40,000 bases of DNA from Nostoc sp. FACHB-152 (GCF_014697475.1 NZ_JACJRV010000002.1:21515-61514); one strand, 5' to 3'. Positions 8,637 to 16,564 are shown, counted from the stretch's first letter. A program made the numbers and translations. Notes: generated from the letters alone by a model not told the origin.

Positions 8637-9113
8637 TCATGAATCAGAAGCAACTTTATTTGGTCTACCTTTGATAGCTTTGAAGCGTTCGCCTAATTGT
8701 TCAGCTAGAGTTTTTAAGCCGGGAGTAGTTTTTGATGCTGTCTTAACGTAATTATAGACAGTTAAACTGCTGGACATAGCTTCACTACCGACTGCCAGTA
8801 AAGTATCATCTACTTGTTCAGTGAGTTGCCGCATGGAAATTAATACTTCAGTAAGTGCGATCGCTAACTGATAATCTTGTACCAACTCTTCAACGTTAAA
8901 AGTAGCCGGCAGAATATTACGGTTAGACTGAGCAGCAGTAGCACTATTATTTACAAAAGCCAGACTTTTATCACCCATCTTGACCATCTTGCGCCGTTCT
9001 TCCGCGCTGAGAGTAACCAGAAAAGGGAGTTTTGCATGGATAGTCTGGAGTGAAGCTTTAATTTCTTGGATATCTGCTGGCGAAAGGGAAGCGGTAATAT
9101 TTTGATAGGACAT
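8637..9113 (-). CDS. Conserved hypothetical protein (158 aa)
   Basis: Helical-looking ORF with an LPFLVTLSAEERRKMVKMGDKSLAFV motif that I recognise only as a recurrent hypothetical family. Last gene of the minus-strand string. Confidence 0.6.
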   Translation of the reverse strand: MSYQNITASLSPADIQEIKASLQTIHAKLPFLVTLSAEERRKMVKMGDKSLAFVNNSATAAQSNRNILPATFNVEELVQDYQLAIALTEVLISMRQLTEQVDDTLLAVGSEAMSSSLTVYNYVKTASKTTPGLKTLAEQLGERFKAIKGRPNKVASDS

Positions 9114-9203
9114 AGTAGAATCACCAATGTAACGCGAGGGTTAAGTAGCAATATTTGCTAAGTATATAATTCCCATTGGTGAGCGTAAAAGCACACAATT
9201 ACC

Positions 9204-9647
9204 CTACTTATTTATCCGTTTTAACGCCGATGCTGAGGGATACTGACCAGATAAAATCAAAGCTTGTCTTTCAATTACTCTTTCATCGACATTAAAATCG
9301 AAAATGCGGGCTGTTACTTCTCCAATTTCTGTTAGCGGTTGAATCAAAGCCTCATCTAACCAAAAATGCTCTCCCCAAAAGTCTCGACGGGGGTTAAAAA
9401 ATCGTACAAGTTCACCAGTCTGCCAATTAATTGAACCTAAATCCGTCCCTTTTTGCAAGTTGCAGAATATACAGGCATAGCAAAGATTATCTGCTGTTGT
9501 TGCACCGCCGTGTTTCACACTGATGATATGGTCAACTTGACAACCTGATGACCTATCGGCTTCAGAAACAAGACAATATTCGCAAATATGATCAGCGCGA
9601 CGAGCAACTAAACGCCGCAGTTCTGCATTAATTTAAGGAATAGACAC
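9204..9647 (-). pseudogene. HNH endonuclease interrupted by an early in-frame TAA
   Basis: The minus frame reads (GTG 9647) VSIP-TAA(9633-9635)-INAELRRLVARRADHICEYCLVSEADRSSGCQVDHIISVKHGGATTADNLCYACIFCNLQKG... This is a full HNH/CxxC core. The track ORF (9204-9518) starts after the first catalytic His. Confidence 0.6.
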
Positions 9648-9656
9648 TGGAAAAAC

Positions 9657-9911
9657 TTACTCCGCCTTAAGGTATTGATGTGCTTTTGCTTTTGCTAAGG
9701 TCATAATATGTTCTAACGTGAGGAAATGATCTAACTCCTTCTTTTCCTCTGGTGTGAGTTTGCCCATTTTGTGTTGATAAACCAAATATTCTAAACGCTC
9801 TTTTGTACTATCTGAAAGCTGAGACTTCACAACACTTTCGGGAGTAGTCCCAGCCGCAATAAAGTCAACAATTTCGTCGTAGACTTTGGCTGTATTTATG
9901 GATGTAGTCAT
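9657..9911 (-). CDS. Small helical protein (84 aa), usual upstream partner of this HNH type
   Basis: The ORF ends 9 nt before the HNH GTG. The LTPEEKKELDHFLTLEHIMTLAKAKA motif is common in small cyanobacterial ORFs. Confidence 0.55.
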   Translation of the reverse strand: MTTSINTAKVYDEIVDFIAAGTTPESVVKSQLSDSTKERLEYLVYQHKMGKLTPEEKKELDHFLTLEHIMTLAKAKAHQYLKAE

Positions 9912-9932
9912 GAATTTACCTGTTTAATTTTA

Positions 9933-10157
9933 TTATGCTACTTTTAATGGCTTGCCTAAAGTTTGAGGCTCTGGTAAAGTTTCGCCATCTGCCAAAGCAG
10001 ATTCAATGAGCATTTCTAAAACTTCCTGAGCATTTTTTAAAGCTTCCTCGTAAGAATCCCCGTGTGTACAAGGCTGCATTACATTAGTAAATTCAGGCAA
10101 CAAAACCACATAACATTTGTCTTCATCTGACCATTGAATAATAATTGTGTATTTCAT
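9933..10157 (-). CDS. hicB: HicB-family antitoxin
   Basis: 74 aa. MKYTIIIQWSDEDKCYVVLLPEF...GDSYEEALKNAQEVLEMLIE is the HicB N-terminal (UPF0150) fold signature. ATGA overlap with hicA. Confidence 0.8.
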   Translation of the reverse strand: MKYTIIIQWSDEDKCYVVLLPEFTNVMQPCTHGDSYEEALKNAQEVLEMLIESALADGETLPEPQTLGKPLKVA

Positions 10158-10378
10158 TCTTCTGTCTCCTCCGCTTTTTCTATTTTCTCTAATTCTGCAA
10201 GTGCTTCATTAACTTGCTTTTCTAAATAAGGTTTAGCATCGCTACCATCTTTACCAGCGATGATGATAGCTTGAGGCAATAGCGGATGTATCCATTTACT
10301 ATGACTACCTTTGGCAGGTTGATAAGTAAACCCTGCTTGCAGCAATAACCTTTTGAGTTCTCTAATTTTCTTGGGCAT
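10154..10378 (-). CDS. hicA: HicA-family mRNA-interferase toxin
   Basis: 74 aa. IRELKRLLLQAGFTYQPAKGSHSKWIHP...IAGKDGSDAKPYLEKQV matches the HicA pattern (GSH motif). Starts 15 nt after the NACHT gene stop. Confidence 0.8.
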   Translation of the reverse strand: MPKKIRELKRLLLQAGFTYQPAKGSHSKWIHPLLPQAIIIAGKDGSDAKPYLEKQVNEALAELEKIEKAEETEE

Positions 10379-10393
10379 AACCTCAGTTTATGT

Positions 10394-13300
10394 TCACCCT
10401 TGCCACCGTTTCAACTGTTTTTGAGCATATTCCCTTACTTGCTCATCTGGGTCATTTTCGGCGCGATCGCGCAACAGTGGTAAAGTTTTGGGATGCTGAG
10501 GAAATTGCTTAAAAATTATCTCCAATGCAACGCGCCGAGGGTTTGGGTTATACGATTCATGTTTACCTTCAAAGAGGTCATCTTTAGCACAGTTGTAGTA
10601 AACATCAAACAGTTCAGACTGATATTTGTAAACTTGAGCTAATTGTTGCACTGCTGTCCCTCGCACATCAGAATCTTCATCCGCACTCGCCAGTTGGCGC
10701 AACAGAGTTTTGGTATCGGGGTCTTCCTTGTAAACTTGAGCTAATTGTTGCACTGCTGTCGCTTGCACAACCGAATCTTCATCCGCACTCGCCAGTTGGT
10801 GCAGGAGAGTTTTGGTGTCGGGGTCTTCCTTGTAAACTTGAGCTAATTGTTCCACTGCTGTCTGTTGCACAACCGAATCTTTATCCGCACTCGCCAGTTG
10901 GCGCAACAGAGTTTTGGTATCGGGGTCTTCCTTGTAAACTTGAGCTAATTGTTGCACTGCTGTCCTTCGCACATAGGAATTTTTATCTGCATTCACCAGT
11001 TCTTGTAGAAAAGTTTTGGTATCGGGGTCATCCTTGTAAGCTTGAGCTAATTGTCGCACTGCTGTCATTTGCACAATCGAATCTTTATCCGCACTCGCCA
11101 GTTGACACAGGAGAGTTTTGGTGTCGGGGTCATCCTTGTAAGCTTGAGCTAATTGTCGCACTGCTGTCGCTTGCACAATCGAATCTTTATCCGCACTCAC
11201 CAGTTGACACAGGAGAGTTTTGGTGTCGGGGTCATCCTTGTAAGCTTGAGCTAATTGTCGCACTGCTATCATTTGTACAACCGAATCTTTATCTGCACTC
11301 ACCCGTTCGTGCAGCAGAGTTTTAGTATCGGGGTCATCTTTGTAAACTTGAGCTAGTTGTTGCACTGCTGTCTGTCGAACATAGGAATCTTTATCCGCAC
11401 TCGCCAGTTCGCGCAGGAGAGTTTTGGTATCAGGGTCTTCCTTGTAAACTTGAGCTAATTGTTCCACTGCTGTCCATCGCACATAGGAATCTTCATCCGC
11501 ACTCGCCAGTTGACGCAACAGAGTTTTGGTGTCGGGGTCATCTTTGTAAACTTGAGCTAATTGTTCCACTGCTGTATCTCGCACATCCGAATCTTTATTC
11601 GCAGTCGCCCATTGGCGCAGCAGAGTTTTAGCTGAATCTTGCCAAGTCGAAGTAATTGCAATAACTGCTTGAGTGCGAATTTCTCGAACTAACTGAGTTT
11701 CTTTGTGATTCCGCCCAGAGTCGTAATAATACCAAAGGTCATATTGAGTTAAGTTTTTTAATCTGTTGAGTAACTTATCAACTGACTTAATTACTGAGCA
11801 ATTTCTTACTTCTGTAAGACACTTAGCTGCTAAAAACAGATTAATAAACTTTTCCTCTTCACCATCCAGCGACATTAAATAATCAATAATGTCGCCAACA
11901 AATTCTTCCTCAATCATCCCAGCAATTAGCAGTAATACTTCATGCCACTTTTCATCTTGCCAGTGTTTGCCAAAAACATCTGTTTTTATTGCTTCTATAG
12001 TTAAACCATTTGCAGTTCCTCTTTTCTCAAACTGCTTAACAAACTCCCATGCACAAAAATACTCTAAAAATGTCCGATGCACAAAAGCATAATAATCAGC
12101 ACCCAAGAAACATAAAATAAAGTTGCGCTCCCTTAATTGCTCAATCAGCAAGCGTGCTATTTTTATTTCTGAGGTAACTCTCCGTTCTCGTAAATAGCTA
12201 ATTAAAGTTTCTTCTAACTCATCTTTACTAATTAGGTTCCCTGCTAAACCTGTCTCTGCTGCCTGCATTTTATAAGCAACCTGGCGTAACATTGCCTGTT
12301 TATCTTTCAAGTCAATTGTGTAAGGATCTATATCAGAAAATCTGAGTAATTTTGCTTCTACATCCCATTGATGTAATAGTACTCGTGATGCTTGTTCGTA
12401 AAGCGTAACTCTATCTCTAGGCAATTCCTGATTACGATTGAGAATTGCCATCATCGTCAACAGCAGAGGATTTCCTGCTAGTTCAGTAATAGCTTTGGAA
12501 TTCTCAATTCCTCTTTGCAGCCTTTCCCGTTTTCTAATTTTATCCGCTTCATCACTAAAAGTTAATTCATGCCAACGGTGAATAAAATTTTGAATTTGTT
12601 CTGAGTCCAAATCTTGCAATTCAAAATGGTGAAACTCAGCATCGCGTAAGCGTTGCATTTTATAGCCAATTTTACGAGAAGTTACAATCACCTGGACATT
12701 AGGATAGTCATTAGTAAAGCGATGAATATCAGTAATCACATCCTCTCGCTTACCATGATCAAATACTTCATCTAAACCATCAAACATCACGACAGCGTTA
12801 CCAGCTTTTAACTGTTCGTGAATTTTATGTTGATTTAAGTGGGTAACTACTCCGCTACATTTATGGAAAAATTCTAAAAAATTATGACATTCTTTATCCT
12901 CGCGTCGTCGCATATAAGTGCGTAACTCAATTAGCAACGGTATTGGTAATGAGATAACATTATCTACTGGTGATTCTGCCCAATTCAAAGTTAAATATTG
13001 CAATAATGTAGACTTACCCGAACCAGGATCACCCAAAATTACAATATATTTATAAGTCGTCTTGTCATTAACAACATCTAATACAGAACGTATCGGTTGC
13101 TCTAAATAAACTCGTTTATAACGTTCTAATTCCTCTGCTTGAATTTCTGCTTCTATTTGGTCACTCTCCCGCAATCTTTTTAAATGTTCTTTTGGCAGTT
13201 CATGAACTTGGTGCAAAACTTGATGCACCTCCCGCACATTTTGAGCAATAAACATTCGCCATAACTTCAGTTCGTTATAGGCATAACCGCTAGTGTCTAA

Positions 13301-13930
13301 ACTATCTAACTTCAGATTGCCGTAGCGTTCGCGGATGGATTCTTGATATTGTTGTAAATCAAACTCAGGAATAATACCCGCTATTTCTTTTGTATATCCC
13401 TTGGTTTGTTCTAGATTTTTAGAATCAAAAGTTTCTCTGAGTTCTGGTAATTCATGAATAATATTTTTAACCTTCTGCACATATTTCTTACCTACCCGTT
13501 TCCAATTAAAATCATCTGGTAACGGGTAGGATGAATTAAGCTCATACCAAATTTCTTCTAATCTTTTTGTGTCTACAGTCTGACAGTCATTCTGAAAGGC
13601 ATTACCTAAAATTTCTTTAACTTGTGAGTTCTTTAAAAATTGCTTTAGTCTTGGGGTATATTTTTTAATTTCATCTTCAGGAAGTTCACTGTCATCTAAA
13701 TCCTGCTGCATTAGTTCTAAATATTCTGTAACTGCCATAACAGCAGCTTTCTGAAGCGGTTCTTGCTTGAAACGTTCAGTTAGAGCAATATTAAAAGTAT
13801 TTTTGAAAAAATCTTTAGTATAGTCTTTGACGAAATCTTTGACAAACTCTTCGTTGATGATTGTTTTCACCAAAAAGCCTGCTGTTTTTGTTGCTATCCA
13901 AGTGGCAACCCATTCAAATATCATACTCAT
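10394..13930 (-). CDS. STAND NTPase: unknown N-terminal domain + NACHT + 10 HEAT-like repeats
   Basis: 1178 aa. Walker A GDPGSGKST (aa 300-308, nt about 13007-13033), Walker B VVMFDGLDEV. The helical NACHT-associated region is followed by ten 34-aa units D-TKTLL-x3-[AV]SAD-x-DS-x-V-x3-AV-x-QLAQ-x-YK-x-DP. The first 25 aa are hydrophobic (MSMIFEWVATWIATKTAGFLVKTII). Confidence 0.9.
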   Translation of the reverse strand: MSMIFEWVATWIATKTAGFLVKTIINEEFVKDFVKDYTKDFFKNTFNIALTERFKQEPLQKAAVMAVTEYLELMQQDLDDSELPEDEIKKYTPRLKQFLKNSQVKEILGNAFQNDCQTVDTKRLEEIWYELNSSYPLPDDFNWKRVGKKYVQKVKNIIHELPELRETFDSKNLEQTKGYTKEIAGIIPEFDLQQYQESIRERYGNLKLDSLDTSGYAYNELKLWRMFIAQNVREVHQVLHQVHELPKEHLKRLRESDQIEAEIQAEELERYKRVYLEQPIRSVLDVVNDKTTYKYIVILGDPGSGKSTLLQYLTLNWAESPVDNVISLPIPLLIELRTYMRRREDKECHNFLEFFHKCSGVVTHLNQHKIHEQLKAGNAVVMFDGLDEVFDHGKREDVITDIHRFTNDYPNVQVIVTSRKIGYKMQRLRDAEFHHFELQDLDSEQIQNFIHRWHELTFSDEADKIRKRERLQRGIENSKAITELAGNPLLLTMMAILNRNQELPRDRVTLYEQASRVLLHQWDVEAKLLRFSDIDPYTIDLKDKQAMLRQVAYKMQAAETGLAGNLISKDELEETLISYLRERRVTSEIKIARLLIEQLRERNFILCFLGADYYAFVHRTFLEYFCAWEFVKQFEKRGTANGLTIEAIKTDVFGKHWQDEKWHEVLLLIAGMIEEEFVGDIIDYLMSLDGEEEKFINLFLAAKCLTEVRNCSVIKSVDKLLNRLKNLTQYDLWYYYDSGRNHKETQLVREIRTQAVIAITSTWQDSAKTLLRQWATANKDSDVRDTAVEQLAQVYKDDPDTKTLLRQLASADEDSYVRWTAVEQLAQVYKEDPDTKTLLRELASADKDSYVRQTAVQQLAQVYKDDPDTKTLLHERVSADKDSVVQMIAVRQLAQAYKDDPDTKTLLCQLVSADKDSIVQATAVRQLAQAYKDDPDTKTLLCQLASADKDSIVQMTAVRQLAQAYKDDPDTKTFLQELVNADKNSYVRRTAVQQLAQVYKEDPDTKTLLRQLASADKDSVVQQTAVEQLAQVYKEDPDTKTLLHQLASADEDSVVQATAVQQLAQVYKEDPDTKTLLRQLASADEDSDVRGTAVQQLAQVYKYQSELFDVYYNCAKDDLFEGKHESYNPNPRRVALEIIFKQFPQHPKTLPLLRDRAENDPDEQVREYAQKQLKRWQG
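10627..11646 (-). repeat. 10 x 102-bp in-frame tandem repeat inside the NACHT gene
   Basis: Units begin (forward strand) TGTAA[A/G]CTTGAGCTA[A/G]TTG at 10627, 10729, 10831, 10933, 11035, 11137, 11239, 11341, 11443 and 11545. The period is an exact 102 nt. Confidence 0.9.
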
Positions 13931-14050
13931 GTCTGCTTATACGTTAATTACGAGTATATCCACCAGTTTTAGTAGCTATTGCCTAACTTAGGATAAGTTA
14001 ATCTCAGTGATAAAATTGCTACAGTTTCCGCTTATGCTACAACAACCAGA

Positions 14051-14854
14051 GTGAAAACAGACAGCATCTTTTATCGCCTATTTCAAGAATTACCCAGCAT
14101 TTTCTTTGAATTAATTGGCAACCCTCCCGAAACTGCAAATACCTATCAATTTTCTTCAGTTGAAATCAAACAAACAGCCTTTAGAATTGATGGTGTATTT
14201 CTGCCAACCCAAGATGAACAAAGCCTAATTTATTTTGTCGAAGTTCAATTTCAACCTGACTCAGATATTTACTTGCGCCTGTTGTCAGAAATCTTTTTGT
14301 ACTTACGCCAAAATAAACGCCCAAACTCTTGGCGAGGCGTGGTGATTTATCCTAGCCGAAACATAGATATTGGTGAACGCCAAGATTGCTATGAGTTTTT
14401 TAATAGCGATCGCATCAGTATAATCTACTTAGATGAATTAGCTGAAATTGCATCACTGCCCATAGGTATCGCTACCATCAAATTAATAATTGAAGATAAA
14501 GAGACAGCCATTTCCACCGCCAAACAATTAATCAACCGCACCAAGCAAGCAGTAAATTCGCAACTTCCACAAAAACAACTACTAGAATTAATAGAGACAA
14601 TCCTAGTTTACAAATTGCCTAACATCAGTCGAGAGGAGATAGAAGCAATGTTTGGGTTAAGTGAGTTAAAGCAAACACGAGTTTATCAAGAAGCTGAACA
14701 AGAAGGTAAAGAGAAAGGACGTTTAGAAGCAAAATTAGATGCTGTACCTAAACTGTTAGCATTGGGTTTGACTGTGGAACAGATAGCACAGGCTTTAGAT
14801 TTAGATGTTGCACAAGTTCAGCAAGCAGCAAAGCAGACATCACCAGAGCAGTAA
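14051..14854 (+). CDS. Rpn-family recombination-promoting nuclease / putative transposase (DUF2887/DUF4351 type)
   Basis: 267 aa, GTG start. MKTDSIFYRLFQELPSIFFELIG...EIKQTAFRIDGVF...YFVEVQFQ (PD-(D/E)XK-like core), with a C-terminal QTRVYQEAEQEGKEKG...LGLTVEQIAQALDL tail. Confidence 0.75.
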   Translation: MKTDSIFYRLFQELPSIFFELIGNPPETANTYQFSSVEIKQTAFRIDGVFLPTQDEQSLIYFVEVQFQPDSDIYLRLLSEIFLYLRQNKRPNSWRGVVIYPSRNIDIGERQDCYEFFNSDRISIIYLDELAEIASLPIGIATIKLIIEDKETAISTAKQLINRTKQAVNSQLPQKQLLELIETILVYKLPNISREEIEAMFGLSELKQTRVYQEAEQEGKEKGRLEAKLDAVPKLLALGLTVEQIAQALDLDVAQVQQAAKQTSPEQ

Positions 14855-14866
14855 AAAAATATTTCT

Positions 14867-15592
14867 ATGGTTCTACAAATTCAACCCAGTCAAAAAAAAC
14901 CTAATGTCAGTTGGGAACCACTTCCAGCCGACTTTATTTTATCTGACGACCCAGTGGAAAATATTCAGCAACCAACTCTCGCCGCAGCACTTACCGATGC
15001 TTTGGGTGCTAACGGACGCATCCAACCCCAAATGCTTATAGGCTCTAATTTTGGTCTAGTCGCTACAATTAACAAAAAAATTGTCGTCAAAGCACCTGAC
15101 TGGTTTTACGTCCCGCAAGTGCAACCTCTAGCCGCCGATGTTATTCGTCGTAGCTACACCCCCAATTTAGAAGGTGATGCTGTGGCTGTGGTAATGGAAT
15201 TTCTCTCAGAAACCGAAGGTGGAGAATTATCTATTCGCTCAACGCCACCCTACGGTAAACTTTATTTTTACGAAAAAATTCTCCAGGTTCCAACTTATGT
15301 CACTTACGACCCATACGTACCAAGTTTAGAAGTACGCATCTGGCAAAATGAACAATATACTTTACAGTCAGCAGATGCAAATGGCCGTTTTTGGATTCCT
15401 GAATTAGAGTTATTTCTGGGAATTTGGCAAGGTGAAAGACTCTGCCAAACTATAAACTGGCTGAGGTGGTGGGATAGCGAAGGAAATCTGCTGTTGTGGA
15501 GTAGTGAACAAGCCCAACAAGAACGCCAACGTGCTGAAAGATTAGCAGCTAAGTTACGCGAACTCGGTGTTGACCCTGATGCGATCGCCTAA
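14867..15592 (+). CDS. Uma2-family (DUF820) endonuclease
   Basis: 241 aa. APDWFYVP...AVVMEFLSET...YEKILQVPTYVTYDP, with the common C-terminal ERQRAERLAAKLRELGVDPD tail. Confidence 0.8.
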   Translation: MVLQIQPSQKKPNVSWEPLPADFILSDDPVENIQQPTLAAALTDALGANGRIQPQMLIGSNFGLVATINKKIVVKAPDWFYVPQVQPLAADVIRRSYTPNLEGDAVAVVMEFLSETEGGELSIRSTPPYGKLYFYEKILQVPTYVTYDPYVPSLEVRIWQNEQYTLQSADANGRFWIPELELFLGIWQGERLCQTINWLRWWDSEGNLLLWSSEQAQQERQRAERLAAKLRELGVDPDAIA

Positions 15593-15661
15593 CCAAAATG
15601 AAGACAATAATTAACTATACTTACCCGAAACAGTAGCAATTCACTGTTTGCTGAAAACGAG

Positions 15662-16552
15662 ATGCGGCTGAAGACAGGGAAACAGCACCCAAATTCCATG
15701 AAACAGCAAAAAAATCAATTCAGCCATCTCACAGCAATAGACAGAACTTACCTCTCATTTCCCGCAAAGTTTTTACTAAATCAAAACTTTCTGCAAGGTA
15801 AAATCCTAGATTTTGGTTGTGGTCTTGGTAATGATGTTAAATTATTACGTCAAAAAGGCTTTGATATCACAGGTTATGATCCCTATTACTTTCCCCAATA
15901 TCCTACTGATAAATTTGACACTATAATTTGCTTTTATGTTTTAAATGTCTTATTCCCTGAAGAACAAGCTAATGTGCTGATGGCAGTAGCACATTTATTA
16001 AAACCAGGTGGTAAAGCTTATTTTACTGTCAGAAGGGATATCAAAAAAGAAGGCTTTCGAGAACACTATGTCCATAAAAAGCCTACATACCAATGTAATG
16101 TTAAACTTCCATTTTCTTCAATCTTTCTAGATGAGAGTCGAGAAATATACCAGTATGTTCATTACAATCGTCAGCGCAATTCCTCGAATTACTGTATATT
16201 TTGCAACCCCCACAAAAATCTCAAATTATTAACAGAATCAGCAACAGCATACGCTATATTTGACGGCTATCCTATCAGTAAAGGTCATATTTTAGTCATT
16301 CCTAAACGTCATGTAAGTAATTATTTTGAACTCCCATTCAAAGAACAATCAGCTTGTTGGTTGATGGTGAACAAAGTACAAGAAATTCTCAAAGCAGAAT
16401 TTGCCCCCGATGGCTTTAATGTCGGGATGAACATTAACCGAGAAGCTGGGCAAAATATTATGCACGCCAGCATTCATATCATTCCCCGTTACAAAGGCGA
16501 CACGCCCTGTGCGAAAAGTGGCATCAGAACTGTCATTCCTAAACAGAAATAG
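15662..16552 (+). CDS. Fusion protein: class I SAM-dependent methyltransferase + HIT-family domain
   Basis: 296 aa, one continuous frame. N-terminal half has ILDFGCGLGNDV (motif I) and LLKPGGKAYF. C-terminal half has CIFCNP...FDGYPISKGHILVIPKRH...GQNIMHASIHIIPRYKGD (HIT fold; triad reads H-A-S-I-H). Alternative start at ATG 15698. Confidence 0.75.
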   Translation: MRLKTGKQHPNSMKQQKNQFSHLTAIDRTYLSFPAKFLLNQNFLQGKILDFGCGLGNDVKLLRQKGFDITGYDPYYFPQYPTDKFDTIICFYVLNVLFPEEQANVLMAVAHLLKPGGKAYFTVRRDIKKEGFREHYVHKKPTYQCNVKLPFSSIFLDESREIYQYVHYNRQRNSSNYCIFCNPHKNLKLLTESATAYAIFDGYPISKGHILVIPKRHVSNYFELPFKEQSACWLMVNKVQEILKAEFAPDGFNVGMNINREAGQNIMHASIHIIPRYKGDTPCAKSGIRTVIPKQK

Positions 16553-16564
16553 TTATAGCAACTG

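Noticed and set aside
8204-8653. Long ORFs on both strands across the 21-bp array (142 aa on +, 104 aa on -)
   Set aside because: Both frames are open only because the 21-bp unit lacks stops. The + ORF needs a GTG inside the upstream terminator hairpin, and the - ORF starts inside the neighbouring gene's 3' end. The composition is repeat-driven. They are kept as a repeat, not as CDS.
10627-11646. Diversity-generating retroelement targeting the variable repeat positions
   Set aside because: There is no reverse transcriptase or template repeat in the window, and the variation is not restricted to adenine-templated positions. Concerted evolution plus selection is the simpler explanation.
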